From Candidatus Woesebacteria bacterium RIFCSPLOWO2_01_FULL_39_23 (GTDB lineage: Bacteria; Patescibacteriota; Microgenomatia; UBA8517): a stretch of 64,000 bases of DNA. Below, one piece after another: positions 19,758-30,030 of the stretch. The stretch covers positions 221,849 to 285,848 of the forward strand of contig MGHG01000009.1 in assembly GCA_001793095.1 (NCBI GenBank), in the 5' to 3' direction. The translations under genes were made by a program, and so were the position numbers. The notes under the pieces are model-generated. The model had not been told where the DNA came from and ran no database searches. It saw only the letters and a program-made list of their open reading frames with translations. The stretch's first letter is position 1. Each line of letters begins with the position of its first letter.

Positions 19758-20773
19758 CTGATTAAATCCGAAAATACAGTCTCATATTTATTGGCTATTT
19801 CATGCCAACCGAATTTTTCAGCTTGTTCTCGGGGTTTATTTCCCCAATATCGATTTAACGCGTCATTAATGGCATTAGCATAATGCTTAATATTTATCGG
19901 ATCAACAAAAATTCCAGCGTCGCCTATAATTTCCCTACGGATATCATCGTCGATTGCGACGACGGGGAGACCCGAAGATAAAGCTTCAAGATAGACAATT
20001 CCGAAAGCCTCACTCACGTCGGGGGCTAAGGTGAACAAGTTCGCCAATCGGTATATTTTTGGCATATCCTTGTGCTTAAGGTGAATTAACTTAAATCTTT
20101 CCCTCAAGAGTTTATGCCCAAGCTTTTCTATTTCAACTTTAAGTTCACCCTCGCCCACAACAACCAAACTGACGTCCTTCAATATTGAAACGGCCTGTAT
20201 TACTAAATCAATACGCTTGGTTGCGCTTAGTGCCCCTACGCAAAGCACAATAGGCTCTTTAATATTAACCGGGTATTTACTGCCTTCTTGTGAAAATTTT
20301 AACAAATCAACGCCGTTAGGAATGTATACAATCTTCTTTATGTACGGATTTACTTTTCCTGCCCAACTTTTTGCTTTTGAAGATAAGGCTACAAATACAT
20401 CCGGAAAACTCCAAAGATTAAATCTGTCATCCCATCCGATTCCGGATTGCCCTGATATAACCATTTTCCCTCCATACAACCAAGTAATTAGCCGCAGGAG
20501 AGCCGGTTGCCACCCGCCATTTAATGGAATAACTATTTCATATTTATTTTTCCATATTTTCGGCAGTTGTTTGAGTGTAAAAAGTGCAATTGCAATTCCG
20601 GGAGGATCAAGGAACAATCTCCAAATAATTGGCCAGCGCCTCATCGGCTTTTTCTTTTCAGTAAAAACATCAACATTGTGCCGAAAACTAAGCCTATCGG
20701 ATAGCTCTGAGACAAAGGTCTCGGCTCCCCGTGCAACTTCGCACTGATAAATATTTAAAATCGCTATTTTCAT
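19754..20773 (-). CDS. Glycosyltransferase family 4 (short N-domain)
   Basis: SEAFGIVYLEALSSGLPVVAIDDDIRREIIGDAG C-terminal GT-B motif. Confidence 0.7.
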   Translation of the reverse strand: MKIAILNIYQCEVARGAETFVSELSDRLSFRHNVDVFTEKKKPMRRWPIIWRLFLDPPGIAIALFTLKQLPKIWKNKYEIVIPLNGGWQPALLRLITWLYGGKMVISGQSGIGWDDRFNLWSFPDVFVALSSKAKSWAGKVNPYIKKIVYIPNGVDLLKFSQEGSKYPVNIKEPIVLCVGALSATKRIDLVIQAVSILKDVSLVVVGEGELKVEIEKLGHKLLRERFKLIHLKHKDMPKIYRLANLFTLAPDVSEAFGIVYLEALSSGLPVVAIDDDIRREIIGDAGIFVDPINIKHYANAINDALNRYWGNKPREQAEKFGWHEIANKYETVFSDLIR

Positions 20774-20779
20774 ACCCTG

Positions 20780-22162
20780 TTATTTTGGCACGTATAGAGA
20801 GTAAATGCCCACTTTATCGACCTTTACATAATTTTCAGAAATATAGTTAGAAACTTTCAAAGGCTTATACGACCCCAATCCGCTTATGGCATAGTCACCC
20901 TCTACGATCAACTTCGGCCTATGCTCTTTAAAATCTTCAATCATGTTATCCTGAACCCCCGGGAGATCCATATACCATGGAAGGTAGGGAATGAGTGGTT
21001 TAGTTGCAGGAAGGGTGTCGGATAATGCGTATAAATTATCCCAGGCATTTGCGATATAAATGTCCGAACCGGGATATACTGAGTTATTAATAAAATCAGC
21101 AACTTCCACAATAGCCGGTTCGACAAACCGAGTGGGTTTGCTAAAATTTCGGTAAACAAATCTTCCAGCTAGTATCGAAATTGCTAATATATAAACATAT
21201 AACATAGCGTAATATTTATATGATTTAGTAGTTATTGTGTTTACAGTTACACTTCCTGCCAGTATTGCAAGAAAAGGTATGGCCGGCTGTAAATGAAAAT
21301 ATTCAAATCTCGGAAACGCTCCCAATATACCAGCTAATACCCATGCAAATAAGTTAAATTTATCTCTGTTTGCCTGAATTAAAAACGGAATTACGATTAT
21401 AAACGGAAAGAGAGTCACAACAATCTGGCGAAATGTCGGATAGGAAATCTGACCTGCTGCATTCGGCAGGTAAAATATTCCAAACTTAATCGTCCAATTA
21501 TAAATATCCGGCAATATATGTAGTAAATATATTAGAGATACAATAATTCCAGATATGCAGGTTGCACCGATAGCAAATTTCCTCATACCTTGCAAGGTCT
21601 CACCTTTAAAGGTTGATTCCTGCAAGGTAGATATTGTAATTGGTATCAGAAACCAAAAAGCTGTTTGCTTAGTTAAAAAAGCCAGTGTCCATATAAAACC
21701 TGCCCCCAAATAATGTTTTTTATTAAGCAAATAAAAAATCACAAGCGCTAAAGGCGCTAAGGCAAGATCAAACCATAAACCATTGCCCTCGTAAAGAATT
21801 TGAAGCGGAATATAGAACGTAAGTGCAAAAAGGGCTATTTTATTATTCCAAAGTTTTCTTGTTAGGTAATATAAAAGACAATCGGTGGCGAGTATCAAAA
21901 ACCAAGTATAAATTTTAAGTTGAATGACACCTACTCCAAATACTTTATAAAAAAGAGTCAAATCAACTATAAGTAAAGGTGTATGTGCAACTGCAATATC
22001 CCGATATGGCAACCAACCTTTAAGTATTAAGTACGGCCAGGCTAACATCTCCGGCCAGGCCGTAAATTTAACGCTCATGAGAAGAATCAGGTGAATAAAA
22101 ATCAGAATACAGAGAATGACGAATTTGTGTGTCAGCTCTTTTTTAATAACCCGTTCCACCAT
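20780..22162 (-). CDS. Polytopic membrane protein, putative GT-C glycosyltransferase. It carries an in-frame copy of the 24-nt transposon-associated hairpin repeat
   Basis: 460 aa with many TM helices and a C-terminal soluble domain. Nucleotides 21590-21613 match the IS-flanking 24-mer at 23 of 24 positions and encode STFKGETLQG in a loop. Confidence 0.4.
   Translation of the reverse strand: MVERVIKKELTHKFVILCILIFIHLILLMSVKFTAWPEMLAWPYLILKGWLPYRDIAVAHTPLLIVDLTLFYKVFGVGVIQLKIYTWFLILATDCLLYYLTRKLWNNKIALFALTFYIPLQILYEGNGLWFDLALAPLALVIFYLLNKKHYLGAGFIWTLAFLTKQTAFWFLIPITISTLQESTFKGETLQGMRKFAIGATCISGIIVSLIYLLHILPDIYNWTIKFGIFYLPNAAGQISYPTFRQIVVTLFPFIIVIPFLIQANRDKFNLFAWVLAGILGAFPRFEYFHLQPAIPFLAILAGSVTVNTITTKSYKYYAMLYVYILAISILAGRFVYRNFSKPTRFVEPAIVEVADFINNSVYPGSDIYIANAWDNLYALSDTLPATKPLIPYLPWYMDLPGVQDNMIEDFKEHRPKLIVEGDYAISGLGSYKPLKVSNYISENYVKVDKVGIYSLYVPK
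21590..21613. repeat. Solo copy of the IS-flanking 24-nt hairpin, embedded in-frame in a membrane-protein CDS
   Basis: TTGCAAGGTCTCACCTTTAAAGGT matches the copies at 44945 and 45665 at 23 of 24 positions and is flanked by CCTTGCAAGG / CCTGCAAGG. Confidence 0.55.
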
Positions 22163-22985
22163 ATATCATCCTCCTTTTCACTTTTCTAAGCGGAGTATCA
22201 ATAAATGCTCTTACTTTATAAGGAATATCCATTTCAATCCAAGGACTACGAATATTATTCGGTCTCTTTAAGAAAAACGCTTCCGGATAATAAAAATCCA
22301 GAGGAAAATTATTACTCAGCTCGTATTTATATTTCATTGGTCTTTTCGGTACCTTTTCATCTGATTTTCCTCCGGATCGTTTCAGATGAGTGAAGTGTAA
22401 AAAAGATTTTCTGTCTAAAAACAATCTTCTTTTTGGATGCATGTCTTGTACTAGAATGTTTTGCTTATCGAAATAGCCGTGTTGACCGTGTGGTTTTGAA
22501 GTATATAAACCCGGAATATGTCTATTGATGGCTTTGACACTAAGATGTCCTCGTATTTCATCTATCTCATATTTTCCGAAAGCATCATCCTGATAATGGT
22601 AGATATCACCAATCAGATTATAATTTCTGGTAAATACCGAGTCTAAAGTTTTATATCTTACTCGTATTATTTCAGTTAATTCTTTTATGGAATCTCTCCA
22701 CCAGACCTCATCTCCGTCAAGAATAATAAACCAGTCAGCTGAGGTAATATTCAACATTTCTTGTCTCAATTTGGTATACCCGTCAATATCAACATTTCCA
22801 CATTCCTTAAAATCGATTTTACTGCCGTACTCTCCTTTAAGAGATTGAATGATTTCAACGGTTTTGTCGCTGCTTCCTGTGTCCCAAACCAATATCTTAT
22901 CAACAAAATCTATGATACTTTTTATCGCATACCAGATGTAATTTTCCTCATTCTTAACTAGTGTATGCGCCCAAATTTCCGTCAT
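22143..22985 (-). CDS. Glycosyltransferase family 2-like
   Basis: AHTLVKNEENYIWYAIKSIIDFVDKILVWDTGSSDKTVEI...ILDGDEVWW. These are a GT2 N-terminal signature and a DxD-like motif. Confidence 0.6.
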   Translation of the reverse strand: MTEIWAHTLVKNEENYIWYAIKSIIDFVDKILVWDTGSSDKTVEIIQSLKGEYGSKIDFKECGNVDIDGYTKLRQEMLNITSADWFIILDGDEVWWRDSIKELTEIIRVRYKTLDSVFTRNYNLIGDIYHYQDDAFGKYEIDEIRGHLSVKAINRHIPGLYTSKPHGQHGYFDKQNILVQDMHPKRRLFLDRKSFLHFTHLKRSGGKSDEKVPKRPMKYKYELSNNFPLDFYYPEAFFLKRPNNIRSPWIEMDIPYKVRAFIDTPLRKVKRRMIYGGTGY

Positions 22986-22990
22986 ATAAT

Positions 22991-23785
22991 TTATTTTCTT
23001 TTAAATAAAAGTTTGACATTCTCTTTTAGTAAATAATACGGAGAATCAATAAAATATAGCACCCTGCCTTTTACAATTTCTTTCGTATGCGCTTTATAGA
23101 AATCTCTATACAAATCAATTAGTTTATGAAAATTTACATCTTTCATTTCTTTATAAATAATTTTTCCTTCCCAATAATATTCAAGTTCTGGCTCACCCTT
23201 CCATCCAACCGCTTGGAATTCCGACGTATAGAGAAGCGGAAAGTTTTTAGGAATTACTACCATAGTATTGTTATCGTTAAGAAAAAGCCATTTATGATGA
23301 GCATTACCAGGAACTCGTCTTGCACCAGACAACCAATCGGTGAAATTTATATGAGAAAATACTATATCGCAACCGAACGACGGCGTTGAAATGTAACCTC
23401 TTTTTGAAATCCTTGACATTTCTTCAAGAAGTATAAAAGGGTGGTTTAAATCTTCTAAAGTATGGGTGCACAAGCAAAAATCAAACTCTTTGTTTTTAAA
23501 AGGCAGATTGTCTCTCGTAACATCACACTTAACAAAGTTCTTTGCTGTCAATCTGGTGGGAGAATAGGGAGCTTCTTCAGGCTTTATTAAATCGACAAGT
23601 GTATCAATATTGATTTTTGTATGCTGCTTCATACTTCCCCCAATATCGACAACCACATCGCTTTTCTTAATCTTATATTTATTAATCAAATCGGTGTCAC
23701 TTAACATGCTGTTTATCGAATGGCCAATAGTATTTAATGACAATAAACCATACATAAACTGCAAGTATCGTGTTAACAATAGCAA
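22991..23785 (-). CDS. Class I SAM-dependent methyltransferase (putative)
   Basis: Motif I VVVDIGGS and post-motif II DFCLCTHTLEDLNHP...LEEMSRISKRGYIS. The true start may be an internal Met, since the 5' end overlaps the flippase gene by 89 nt. Confidence 0.5.
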   Translation of the reverse strand: MLLLTRYLQFMYGLLSLNTIGHSINSMLSDTDLINKYKIKKSDVVVDIGGSMKQHTKINIDTLVDLIKPEEAPYSPTRLTAKNFVKCDVTRDNLPFKNKEFDFCLCTHTLEDLNHPFILLEEMSRISKRGYISTPSFGCDIVFSHINFTDWLSGARRVPGNAHHKWLFLNDNNTMVVIPKNFPLLYTSEFQAVGWKGEPELEYYWEGKIIYKEMKDVNFHKLIDLYRDFYKAHTKEIVKGRVLYFIDSPYYLLKENVKLLFKRK

Positions 23786-24992
23786 AGGTTATAGCCGGAC
23801 CAAAGGATCCATATTTTGGAATAAAATACAGATTCATGAAAAAAGTTGCTATCAACTGAAATAACGCAAAAGATCCGACAAGTATCGGTTTTTTCATCGC
23901 ATATATTATTGCCGTAACTGCCGGAACAGTAAGTAAAAATGGAATCATTGCCGCTGCAAGAGCCTTAAAGATTGGTATCGATTCGATATATTTTTCACCG
24001 AAGAGAAGTATAATAAAGGATCTTGCTATTAAAACCCATAGGAGGATTCCTACCACCATCGGAATTAACGCCAAACAGGCTTTCTTAATATAGGTTTTTA
24101 CATTAGCCGGATCTCCAAAAGACGCAAAACGCGGAGCTAAAACCGATGAGTAACTCGACGCCAAAAGAACTATAAAGAAGGCCAATCTTGACGAAATGGA
24201 ATAAATACCCGTCGCCGTTGCGCCAAGGAGAGCTGCCAGCATGGTTATATCTAATCTTCCAGAAACAGCCGAAATAACACTACTAACACCAAGCCAGCCG
24301 GAAAATCTTATCAAAGACAAATAGATGAATTTTTGAGGTCTCGCTCTTGCAAATTTAACTCCGATAAAATAAAAACCGACGAGCGATGAAAATAATGCAC
24401 CAAGCGCATATGCTAATAGCGTGTGGCGTATACTCGCTAACCCTAAAGCAACAATCAAACCGACAAATAAAAGTCTTCCAATACCCACCGACACATCTAC
24501 AATTGACGACTTTAAAAACTCTCTTTTTGACCTAAGTACAAAAGGAATAAAAGTACAAGGAAGAAAAAGAAATATAATAATAACCGACCAATATGCAACT
24601 TCTCTATCGGAAGTGGCAATAAACTTATTTGTAATGAATTTAGAAAATATAATCAGAAAAAAAGAAATAACAACTACCGAAATTAACCTCAATAAGAAAG
24701 CAGCTTTTATATATTCATTTGCCCTTGTTGTGTTACCTTCACTAAAATTTTTTGAAGCAAAATTAATTACCCCAGATGAAATTCCCAAATCAGTAACCGA
24801 AATAATCATCAGCACTAGATTGTTTGCAGCAGAAAAAATACCGAAGTCCCCTACCGATAAAGCTCTGGCAACAAGTATCGTAAATAAAAAAGCTAAAAAC
24901 GCAGATGTGACATTACCGATAAAAAGCGTATAGGTGTCGCGTGCAGTTGCAGACAGAGCCAGGGTGCGCGCCCGATTGTAATATCTTTTCAC
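23697..24992 (-). CDS. Oligosaccharide flippase (Wzx / MOP-PST family)
   Basis: 431 aa with about 12 TM helices. The N-terminal region is typical of polysaccharide biosynthesis protein PF01943 (TLFIGNVTSAFLAFLFTILVARALSVGDFGIFSAANNLV). Confidence 0.65.
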   Translation of the reverse strand: MKRYYNRARTLALSATARDTYTLFIGNVTSAFLAFLFTILVARALSVGDFGIFSAANNLVLMIISVTDLGISSGVINFASKNFSEGNTTRANEYIKAAFLLRLISVVVISFFLIIFSKFITNKFIATSDREVAYWSVIIIFLFLPCTFIPFVLRSKREFLKSSIVDVSVGIGRLLFVGLIVALGLASIRHTLLAYALGALFSSLVGFYFIGVKFARARPQKFIYLSLIRFSGWLGVSSVISAVSGRLDITMLAALLGATATGIYSISSRLAFFIVLLASSYSSVLAPRFASFGDPANVKTYIKKACLALIPMVVGILLWVLIARSFIILLFGEKYIESIPIFKALAAAMIPFLLTVPAVTAIIYAMKKPILVGSFALFQLIATFFMNLYFIPKYGSFGPAITFAIVNTILAVYVWFIVIKYYWPFDKQHVK

Positions 24993-25039
24993 TATTAAAT
25001 TCTAACCTAGGTGAAGCAAAAAAGAAATCATTCTGACTA

Positions 25040-26620
25040 TCACTTTTTTACCAGAAGAACTGCTCGCGCATCCTCATTTTCATAATTATCATCCGCATCA
25101 ATACCATACAACCCTTTTAATACGTAGTTATCCCGAATAAACTTATCTTCAGGCTGGTCGGGATTTAGAAAAATTTGCCGCCATTCGCTGCCCATATAAT
25201 AGTTCTCATCGTCCATGAGATAACTCGTTAAGTAAATCGCATCGAACAGATTACTACTATCTCCTATATCCAACATCGACGGAGTTAGGGGAAACCATAC
25301 GGTTTTTCTTTCGCCATACCAAGTTCCCCAAGTATCTAGGTTCGTTACAATAACCTGATCAGGTTCCGTAATATCTTTCAATTTCCATGAAAGGAGAACG
25401 TAAACTGGGGGTTTACCCACATTATGTGTTTTTCTCTCGAATCGTGAGTCGAGAAAAATAACACCCAACGTCTGCCCCACTGCAAATAATAGAATTATGA
25501 ATGATGTAGTAAGAATTACGAATTTACTTTTTGAAATTCGTAAATTAAGAACTGGAAATTGGAAATTGGAAACTAATTGCACAAGGGTAACAACAGCCAC
25601 TATATAAATAAGTGGAACAATTGGATGAATGTATCTGAAAAAAGGAACTGTTATAGACGCTACCAAAAATGTAATAGTGACCATAAAGAAAACACTTATC
25701 TTAAAAACATTCTCTGTTTTACTTTTACTCCACTTAAACATCCCTATAATAAATAACGCCCACAGGTAAGGAGACGCTATTTGTGGCAACAATCTGTAAA
25801 AATTATAAACATTGTATAGGAACTTTTTGATTATCAGTACCACTCCAACTTGTTGACTAAGTCCCCTTAACGCATCAGAAGCAGACTGGGAAGGAAGTTG
25901 CTGAGTAATGGCGAAAAATCCCTGTTTTGAATTAAGCAAAAACAAGACCGAACCAACTATAAATACTAATAGAAAACTAATAACAGCCTTTTTAAGCGGC
26001 TTATTAAGAAGTAAAAATAAAAGTAAAAACCCGAAGATGTATATAATAGCTTGCGGTCGGGTAAAATACATCGCAACAATAACTATTAGTGCAAAAATAT
26101 TTGCCCGCTTGTTCTTCACTACTAAAAGGAGTGATGCAAGAACTATCTCAAAAATAAATAACGACTCCGATGCACCACTAACAGCATAATCAAGAATATT
26201 GTTATTAAAGACAATTGCTGTTGCGGAAAGTACACCTACAAGGTTTCCCCATAATTTAGATCCCAACAAGTAAGTCACCCCTATTAAAGAAAGAAAAAAC
26301 ACTACAGAAGGAATAATAACGCTAATATCAGATACCCCAAATAGCTTAAAACTAGAAGCGATAGAGAATGGCATTAAAGGCGGAACATAACGGGAGATAG
26401 ACGGAAAACCGCTAACTTTTAAGGAGGAATTATTAAAGAAAGTAAAATTTGAAGTATATCCCTCACCCGTGACAACGCTTCTTGCAATGTCAGCAAACTT
26501 AGCTGCGTCAGAAAAACCTAAAAAAAACATATTTTTATTCAGTAAATAAAAATATAGATTCAAAGCACCAAGGGCTAGGCAAATAAGAAGTAATGTCGTT
26601 TTCTTTCTTTTATTTACCAT
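25040..26620 (-). CDS. ArnT/PMT_2-like GT-C membrane glycosyltransferase
   Basis: FSDAAKFADIARSVVTGEGY after TM1 resembles the ArnT DE.RYAEIAREM motif. There are many TM helices and a C-terminal soluble domain. The likely start is an internal Met (MVNKRKK). Confidence 0.55.
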   Translation of the reverse strand: MVNKRKKTTLLLICLALGALNLYFYLLNKNMFFLGFSDAAKFADIARSVVTGEGYTSNFTFFNNSSLKVSGFPSISRYVPPLMPFSIASSFKLFGVSDISVIIPSVVFFLSLIGVTYLLGSKLWGNLVGVLSATAIVFNNNILDYAVSGASESLFIFEIVLASLLLVVKNKRANIFALIVIVAMYFTRPQAIIYIFGFLLLFLLLNKPLKKAVISFLLVFIVGSVLFLLNSKQGFFAITQQLPSQSASDALRGLSQQVGVVLIIKKFLYNVYNFYRLLPQIASPYLWALFIIGMFKWSKSKTENVFKISVFFMVTITFLVASITVPFFRYIHPIVPLIYIVAVVTLVQLVSNFQFPVLNLRISKSKFVILTTSFIILLFAVGQTLGVIFLDSRFERKTHNVGKPPVYVLLSWKLKDITEPDQVIVTNLDTWGTWYGERKTVWFPLTPSMLDIGDSSNLFDAIYLTSYLMDDENYYMGSEWRQIFLNPDQPEDKFIRDNYVLKGLYGIDADDNYENEDARAVLLVKK

Positions 26621-27413
26621 AATTCTTTCTAAAGAATCTGAGATCAGCACCCATAATAATTTCATTGACTAGTGAGTATGATCCAAATTCCTTGATCAAT
26701 AAATTCAGCAGTGAAGCAGCTTCCTTAAAAAGAAATGTAACTTCGAAAAAAGCCTCACTCGTGACTTTTATGGTTTTTTCGGCACCTTTAAGTAGCCTTA
26801 GTTCAGTTCCCTGAATATCAACTTTTAATACATCTATTTTTTTAATGTTCCTATCTTTACAAAAATCATCCAGACTTACCGATGCTACATAAACCTCCTT
26901 CAGCTGCTGCGGCAAATTAAATTCGATAGATTCCTTATCAATTGAATTCGTTTGCTGGCTATGAGGGTTTATATAAAATTTTACTTTCCCACGTTTCTCC
27001 AAAACCGCTTTTTCTACAACTTCAAAATTATGAAAACCCCTAAGATTTTTATAAATAATTTCTATTAAGTCAGGTGTAGGTTCGAATAGGTATAAATTAG
27101 CTTCGGGGAATCTTTTTCCAACAAAAAATGAATATAATCCACAATTCGCGCCGACAACAATAATTGTTTTAGGATTAGTATTCTCAATACTTTGTGCGAG
27201 CTTTTCAAGTTTATTAACTGAATGGCCAATGTGATAGAGGGTAGATCTATCGTTATTTATATAAAGCCGGTTCCCTTTGTACTTAAACGGAATAATCCTT
27301 TTTCCAAATAGAGTTGATAATACAACTCTGCAGCTCTCGATTAAACCTATTGCCTGCAACAATCTGCATAGAGTATTTACAACACCCATCATTTTCTCGC
27401 AAAAATTGTTCAT
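26610..27413 (-). CDS. FkbM-family methyltransferase
   Basis: IIVVGANCGLYSFFVGKRF...LFEPTPD, matching the FkbM domain signature. Confidence 0.7.
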   Translation of the reverse strand: MNNFCEKMMGVVNTLCRLLQAIGLIESCRVVLSTLFGKRIIPFKYKGNRLYINNDRSTLYHIGHSVNKLEKLAQSIENTNPKTIIVVGANCGLYSFFVGKRFPEANLYLFEPTPDLIEIIYKNLRGFHNFEVVEKAVLEKRGKVKFYINPHSQQTNSIDKESIEFNLPQQLKEVYVASVSLDDFCKDRNIKKIDVLKVDIQGTELRLLKGAEKTIKVTSEAFFEVTFLFKEAASLLNLLIKEFGSYSLVNEIIMGADLRFFRKNYGK

Positions 27414-27551
27414 TTATTACTGCGTCATATGAAGTATAACTCGTCTATAATTCCAATGTATACTTTCAATACACAATTGTTTACTCTTAGAAAATTGCAC
27501 ATACATGTTTCTATATATTAAAAATTAATATTATTTTAAAATATAATATTC
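27414..27551. promoter_or_regulatory. AT-rich divergent intergenic region, likely bidirectional promoter region
   Basis: 138 nt and about 80% A+T, lying between the divergently oriented 26610-27413 (-) and 27552-28472 (+) genes. It is the only long non-coding gap in the first 44 kb. Confidence 0.4.
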
Positions 27552-28472
27552 ATGAAAGACAAACTAGAATTACTGGACCCTAAACTTTTAAGCACCTCGG
27601 AATTTAAAGAGTTTAGATACTGGAAAAAAGTAGTTGCCGCTGAAGTTGGGTGGCATTATCCTCTAGACATTACCTGGATCCTATATAATTTAAAAAGGCA
27701 TAAATTACCGAAAGGTTCAGTAATCCTTGACGCCGGTGGCGGATACGGGCTCATGCAATTCATCTTGGCCGGAGAAGGTTATAAAATAATTAGCGTCGAT
27801 CTTACCTCAAGAAAAAAATTACTTCCATTAAAAATGCTTTTCAAGATAAATATTTTCGAAAATAAAATGACCAAATATAAATATATGAGTCATATTAACA
27901 GTGTTTTCAAAAATAGAAATCTCCTACAAAAGGCACTCATTTTATCAAAAAGGCTAAAGTACTTTAGCCCACTATTGTTCATACACGAGGTAATTAATAG
28001 AAAGCAGCACGGAGAAATTAATTTTTATCAAGGTGACTTTAGCAACTTGTCTCTCTTAAAAAACAATTCTGTAGACGCTATTGTATCATGCTCGTCCATA
28101 GAGCACTGTACAACTTACAAGACAATACAAAAATCGTTCGCTGAATTTACACGCATTATTAAACCAAATTCGCCTATTATCATCACAACCAGTGCTACTA
28201 ATAAAAAAACTTGGTTTCATAAACCATCCCAGGGCTGGTGCTTTAGCAAAGAAGATTTAATAAAGTTATTCAAACTTAAAAAGCCAATCTCTAACTATAA
28301 ATATTATAAATTAATCTTCACTAGAATTTTTCATTCGGAGCAGCTTAAAAATAACTTACCTTCTTATTACTTCACGACGGGAAACTCGGGTATGCCGTGG
28401 GGTAAATGGAATCCGAAATACCTTCCGGTCGGAGTGCTTACAACTTATCGAAATTCACATAAAACTTCCTGA
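27552..28472 (+). CDS. Class I SAM-dependent methyltransferase
   Basis: GSVILDAGGGYGLMQFILAGEGYKIISVDL (motif I) and VDAIVSCSSIEHC (Methyltransf_11-like). Confidence 0.6.
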   Translation: MKDKLELLDPKLLSTSEFKEFRYWKKVVAAEVGWHYPLDITWILYNLKRHKLPKGSVILDAGGGYGLMQFILAGEGYKIISVDLTSRKKLLPLKMLFKINIFENKMTKYKYMSHINSVFKNRNLLQKALILSKRLKYFSPLLFIHEVINRKQHGEINFYQGDFSNLSLLKNNSVDAIVSCSSIEHCTTYKTIQKSFAEFTRIIKPNSPIIITTSATNKKTWFHKPSQGWCFSKEDLIKLFKLKKPISNYKYYKLIFTRIFHSEQLKNNLPSYYFTTGNSGMPWGKWNPKYLPVGVLTTYRNSHKTS

Positions 28473-29200
28473 TTCCTCACTATTTTTTTCTTCAACTCAT
28501 AATTCATCTTTTTTAAATACTTTACTAAATCAACTTCACTACTGTTAAATTCTTTCAAATAATTTTTGTGTATTTCAATAAACATCATTCTGGGTTTATG
28601 TTTACTTTTAAGTACGTTTTTCATACCCTTTAGCACGTTCATTTCTGCACCTTCAACGTCAATCTTAACCACAGTCGGATAGGGTAATTTTTCTTTTTCT
28701 ACCAAATCATCCATTGGCACTACCAATACATAAGTCGATTTATTAAAGTTTCTAACATTTATCATACTGGCAGACATGTTATTGTCAGTTACATAAAATA
28801 GTTTCTTTCTAGTCCTTCTTTCGCCGAGTGCATATTTAAATGTTTTAATATTTTTTATTTTATTAATTTTTATATTATCTAAAAATTTCTTATAAACTAT
28901 TGCATCCGGCTCAAACGCAATCACACCTCCCCTTAAAAGTCTGGATGAGGCTAAAATTGATGTAAAACCGACGGAGGCTCCAACAATATACAAATTGTCG
29001 TGGGGTTTTAATTTAGATAAGATATATCTAACATAACCCTCTTCTCCTCCCCACTTTTTGATCCTAAATTCGTCGACCCGATTAGTAATAAAGAAATCAA
29101 TTTTAGCTTTATCAAAGTTTAATGAATATATATAAGGATATTTCCAAAAAAATAATAATCTATATATTTTCGATAGAAACTTTAATAAATTCGATTTCAT
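28445..29200 (-). CDS. FkbM-family methyltransferase
   Basis: LYIVGASVGFTSILASSRLLRGGVIAFEPDA. Its 3' end overlaps the convergent plus-strand methyltransferase by 28 nt. Confidence 0.6.
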   Translation of the reverse strand: MKSNLLKFLSKIYRLLFFWKYPYIYSLNFDKAKIDFFITNRVDEFRIKKWGGEEGYVRYILSKLKPHDNLYIVGASVGFTSILASSRLLRGGVIAFEPDAIVYKKFLDNIKINKIKNIKTFKYALGERRTRKKLFYVTDNNMSASMINVRNFNKSTYVLVVPMDDLVEKEKLPYPTVVKIDVEGAEMNVLKGMKNVLKSKHKPRMMFIEIHKNYLKEFNSSEVDLVKYLKKMNYELKKKIVRNQEVLCEFR

Positions 29201-29201
29201 A

Positions 29202-30029
29202 TTAATTCCCGGAAAATAAGGATTTATAATTCACCTTTTTAAATACTTTTAATTTCCCTCCGATTGTGGCATCTAAAATTTCTCTTCCCTTTTTTTCAAA
29301 AGCTTTTTTGGCTAATCTATAAGCATATTCTGATGTTTTTAAATCAGGTAAATGCCATTTATAACCTTGACCGAAATAATTGCTTTGAAAATGGTCTTTA
29401 TCCTTACCTTCGGTCACAATTTCACTGTGCGGTTTTCCTTTAGTTTTAAAACCATGATCAACGCCGATGAGATAGACCTTTTGAAAACCCAGATAAAAGG
29501 CAAGTTGCATAGCAACATATGTAACTGTGGCCCCTTCCCACACTCCTTGCGTTGGATCATGGGAAAATATCTCACGCACGAGTGTTCTAATATAAACGAT
29601 ATTTTTGTTGTTTCTAAAATACTTTCTTCCTTTCCAACTTATAAACTTCGTCGTATTAACATCCTGTAATTCCCTATTACTTTGATTTAGTACTAAATTA
29701 TTTATTGACACCAAAAAAGTTGTCGTAAATCCCAATTCATCAAACATTAAATAAACTCTATTCAAGCCGAAGGTGTATTCTTTTTTTAGAAGTTTCAAGT
29801 TGGTTTTCTTTAAACTTGGTCCGTTTCCTAATATAAAACATCGTTTATCGAGGTATTTGTCTTTGTATTTTCCCAACTTCTCCCTGCTCATAATCCCCCT
29901 TTTATCAAATCTCCATGCAGGGTAATTAATTGTGTCGTAAAAAAAAGAAATCACATCAAAAATAGGTTGTCCTCTATAGCGTTGAATATACCAACTTTTA
30001 AAGTTCTGAATTACTTCAGTTATTTTCAT
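29202..30029 (-). CDS. DUF115 / MptE-like protein (Maf/Cst-II-like, putative nonulosonic-acid or other sugar transferase)
   Basis: CFILGNGPSLKKTNLKLL...FGLNRV and a later YLIGVDHGF parallel the GNGPSL / YLSGIDFY motifs of GT42 Cst-II and DUF115 proteins. The start is set at the internal Met (MKITEV) to avoid an 89-nt overlap. Confidence 0.5.
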   Translation of the reverse strand: MKITEVIQNFKSWYIQRYRGQPIFDVISFFYDTINYPAWRFDKRGIMSREKLGKYKDKYLDKRCFILGNGPSLKKTNLKLLKKEYTFGLNRVYLMFDELGFTTTFLVSINNLVLNQSNRELQDVNTTKFISWKGRKYFRNNKNIVYIRTLVREIFSHDPTQGVWEGATVTYVAMQLAFYLGFQKVYLIGVDHGFKTKGKPHSEIVTEGKDKDHFQSNYFGQGYKWHLPDLKTSEYAYRLAKKAFEKKGREILDATIGGKLKVFKKVNYKSLFSGN

Positions 30030-30030
30030 A

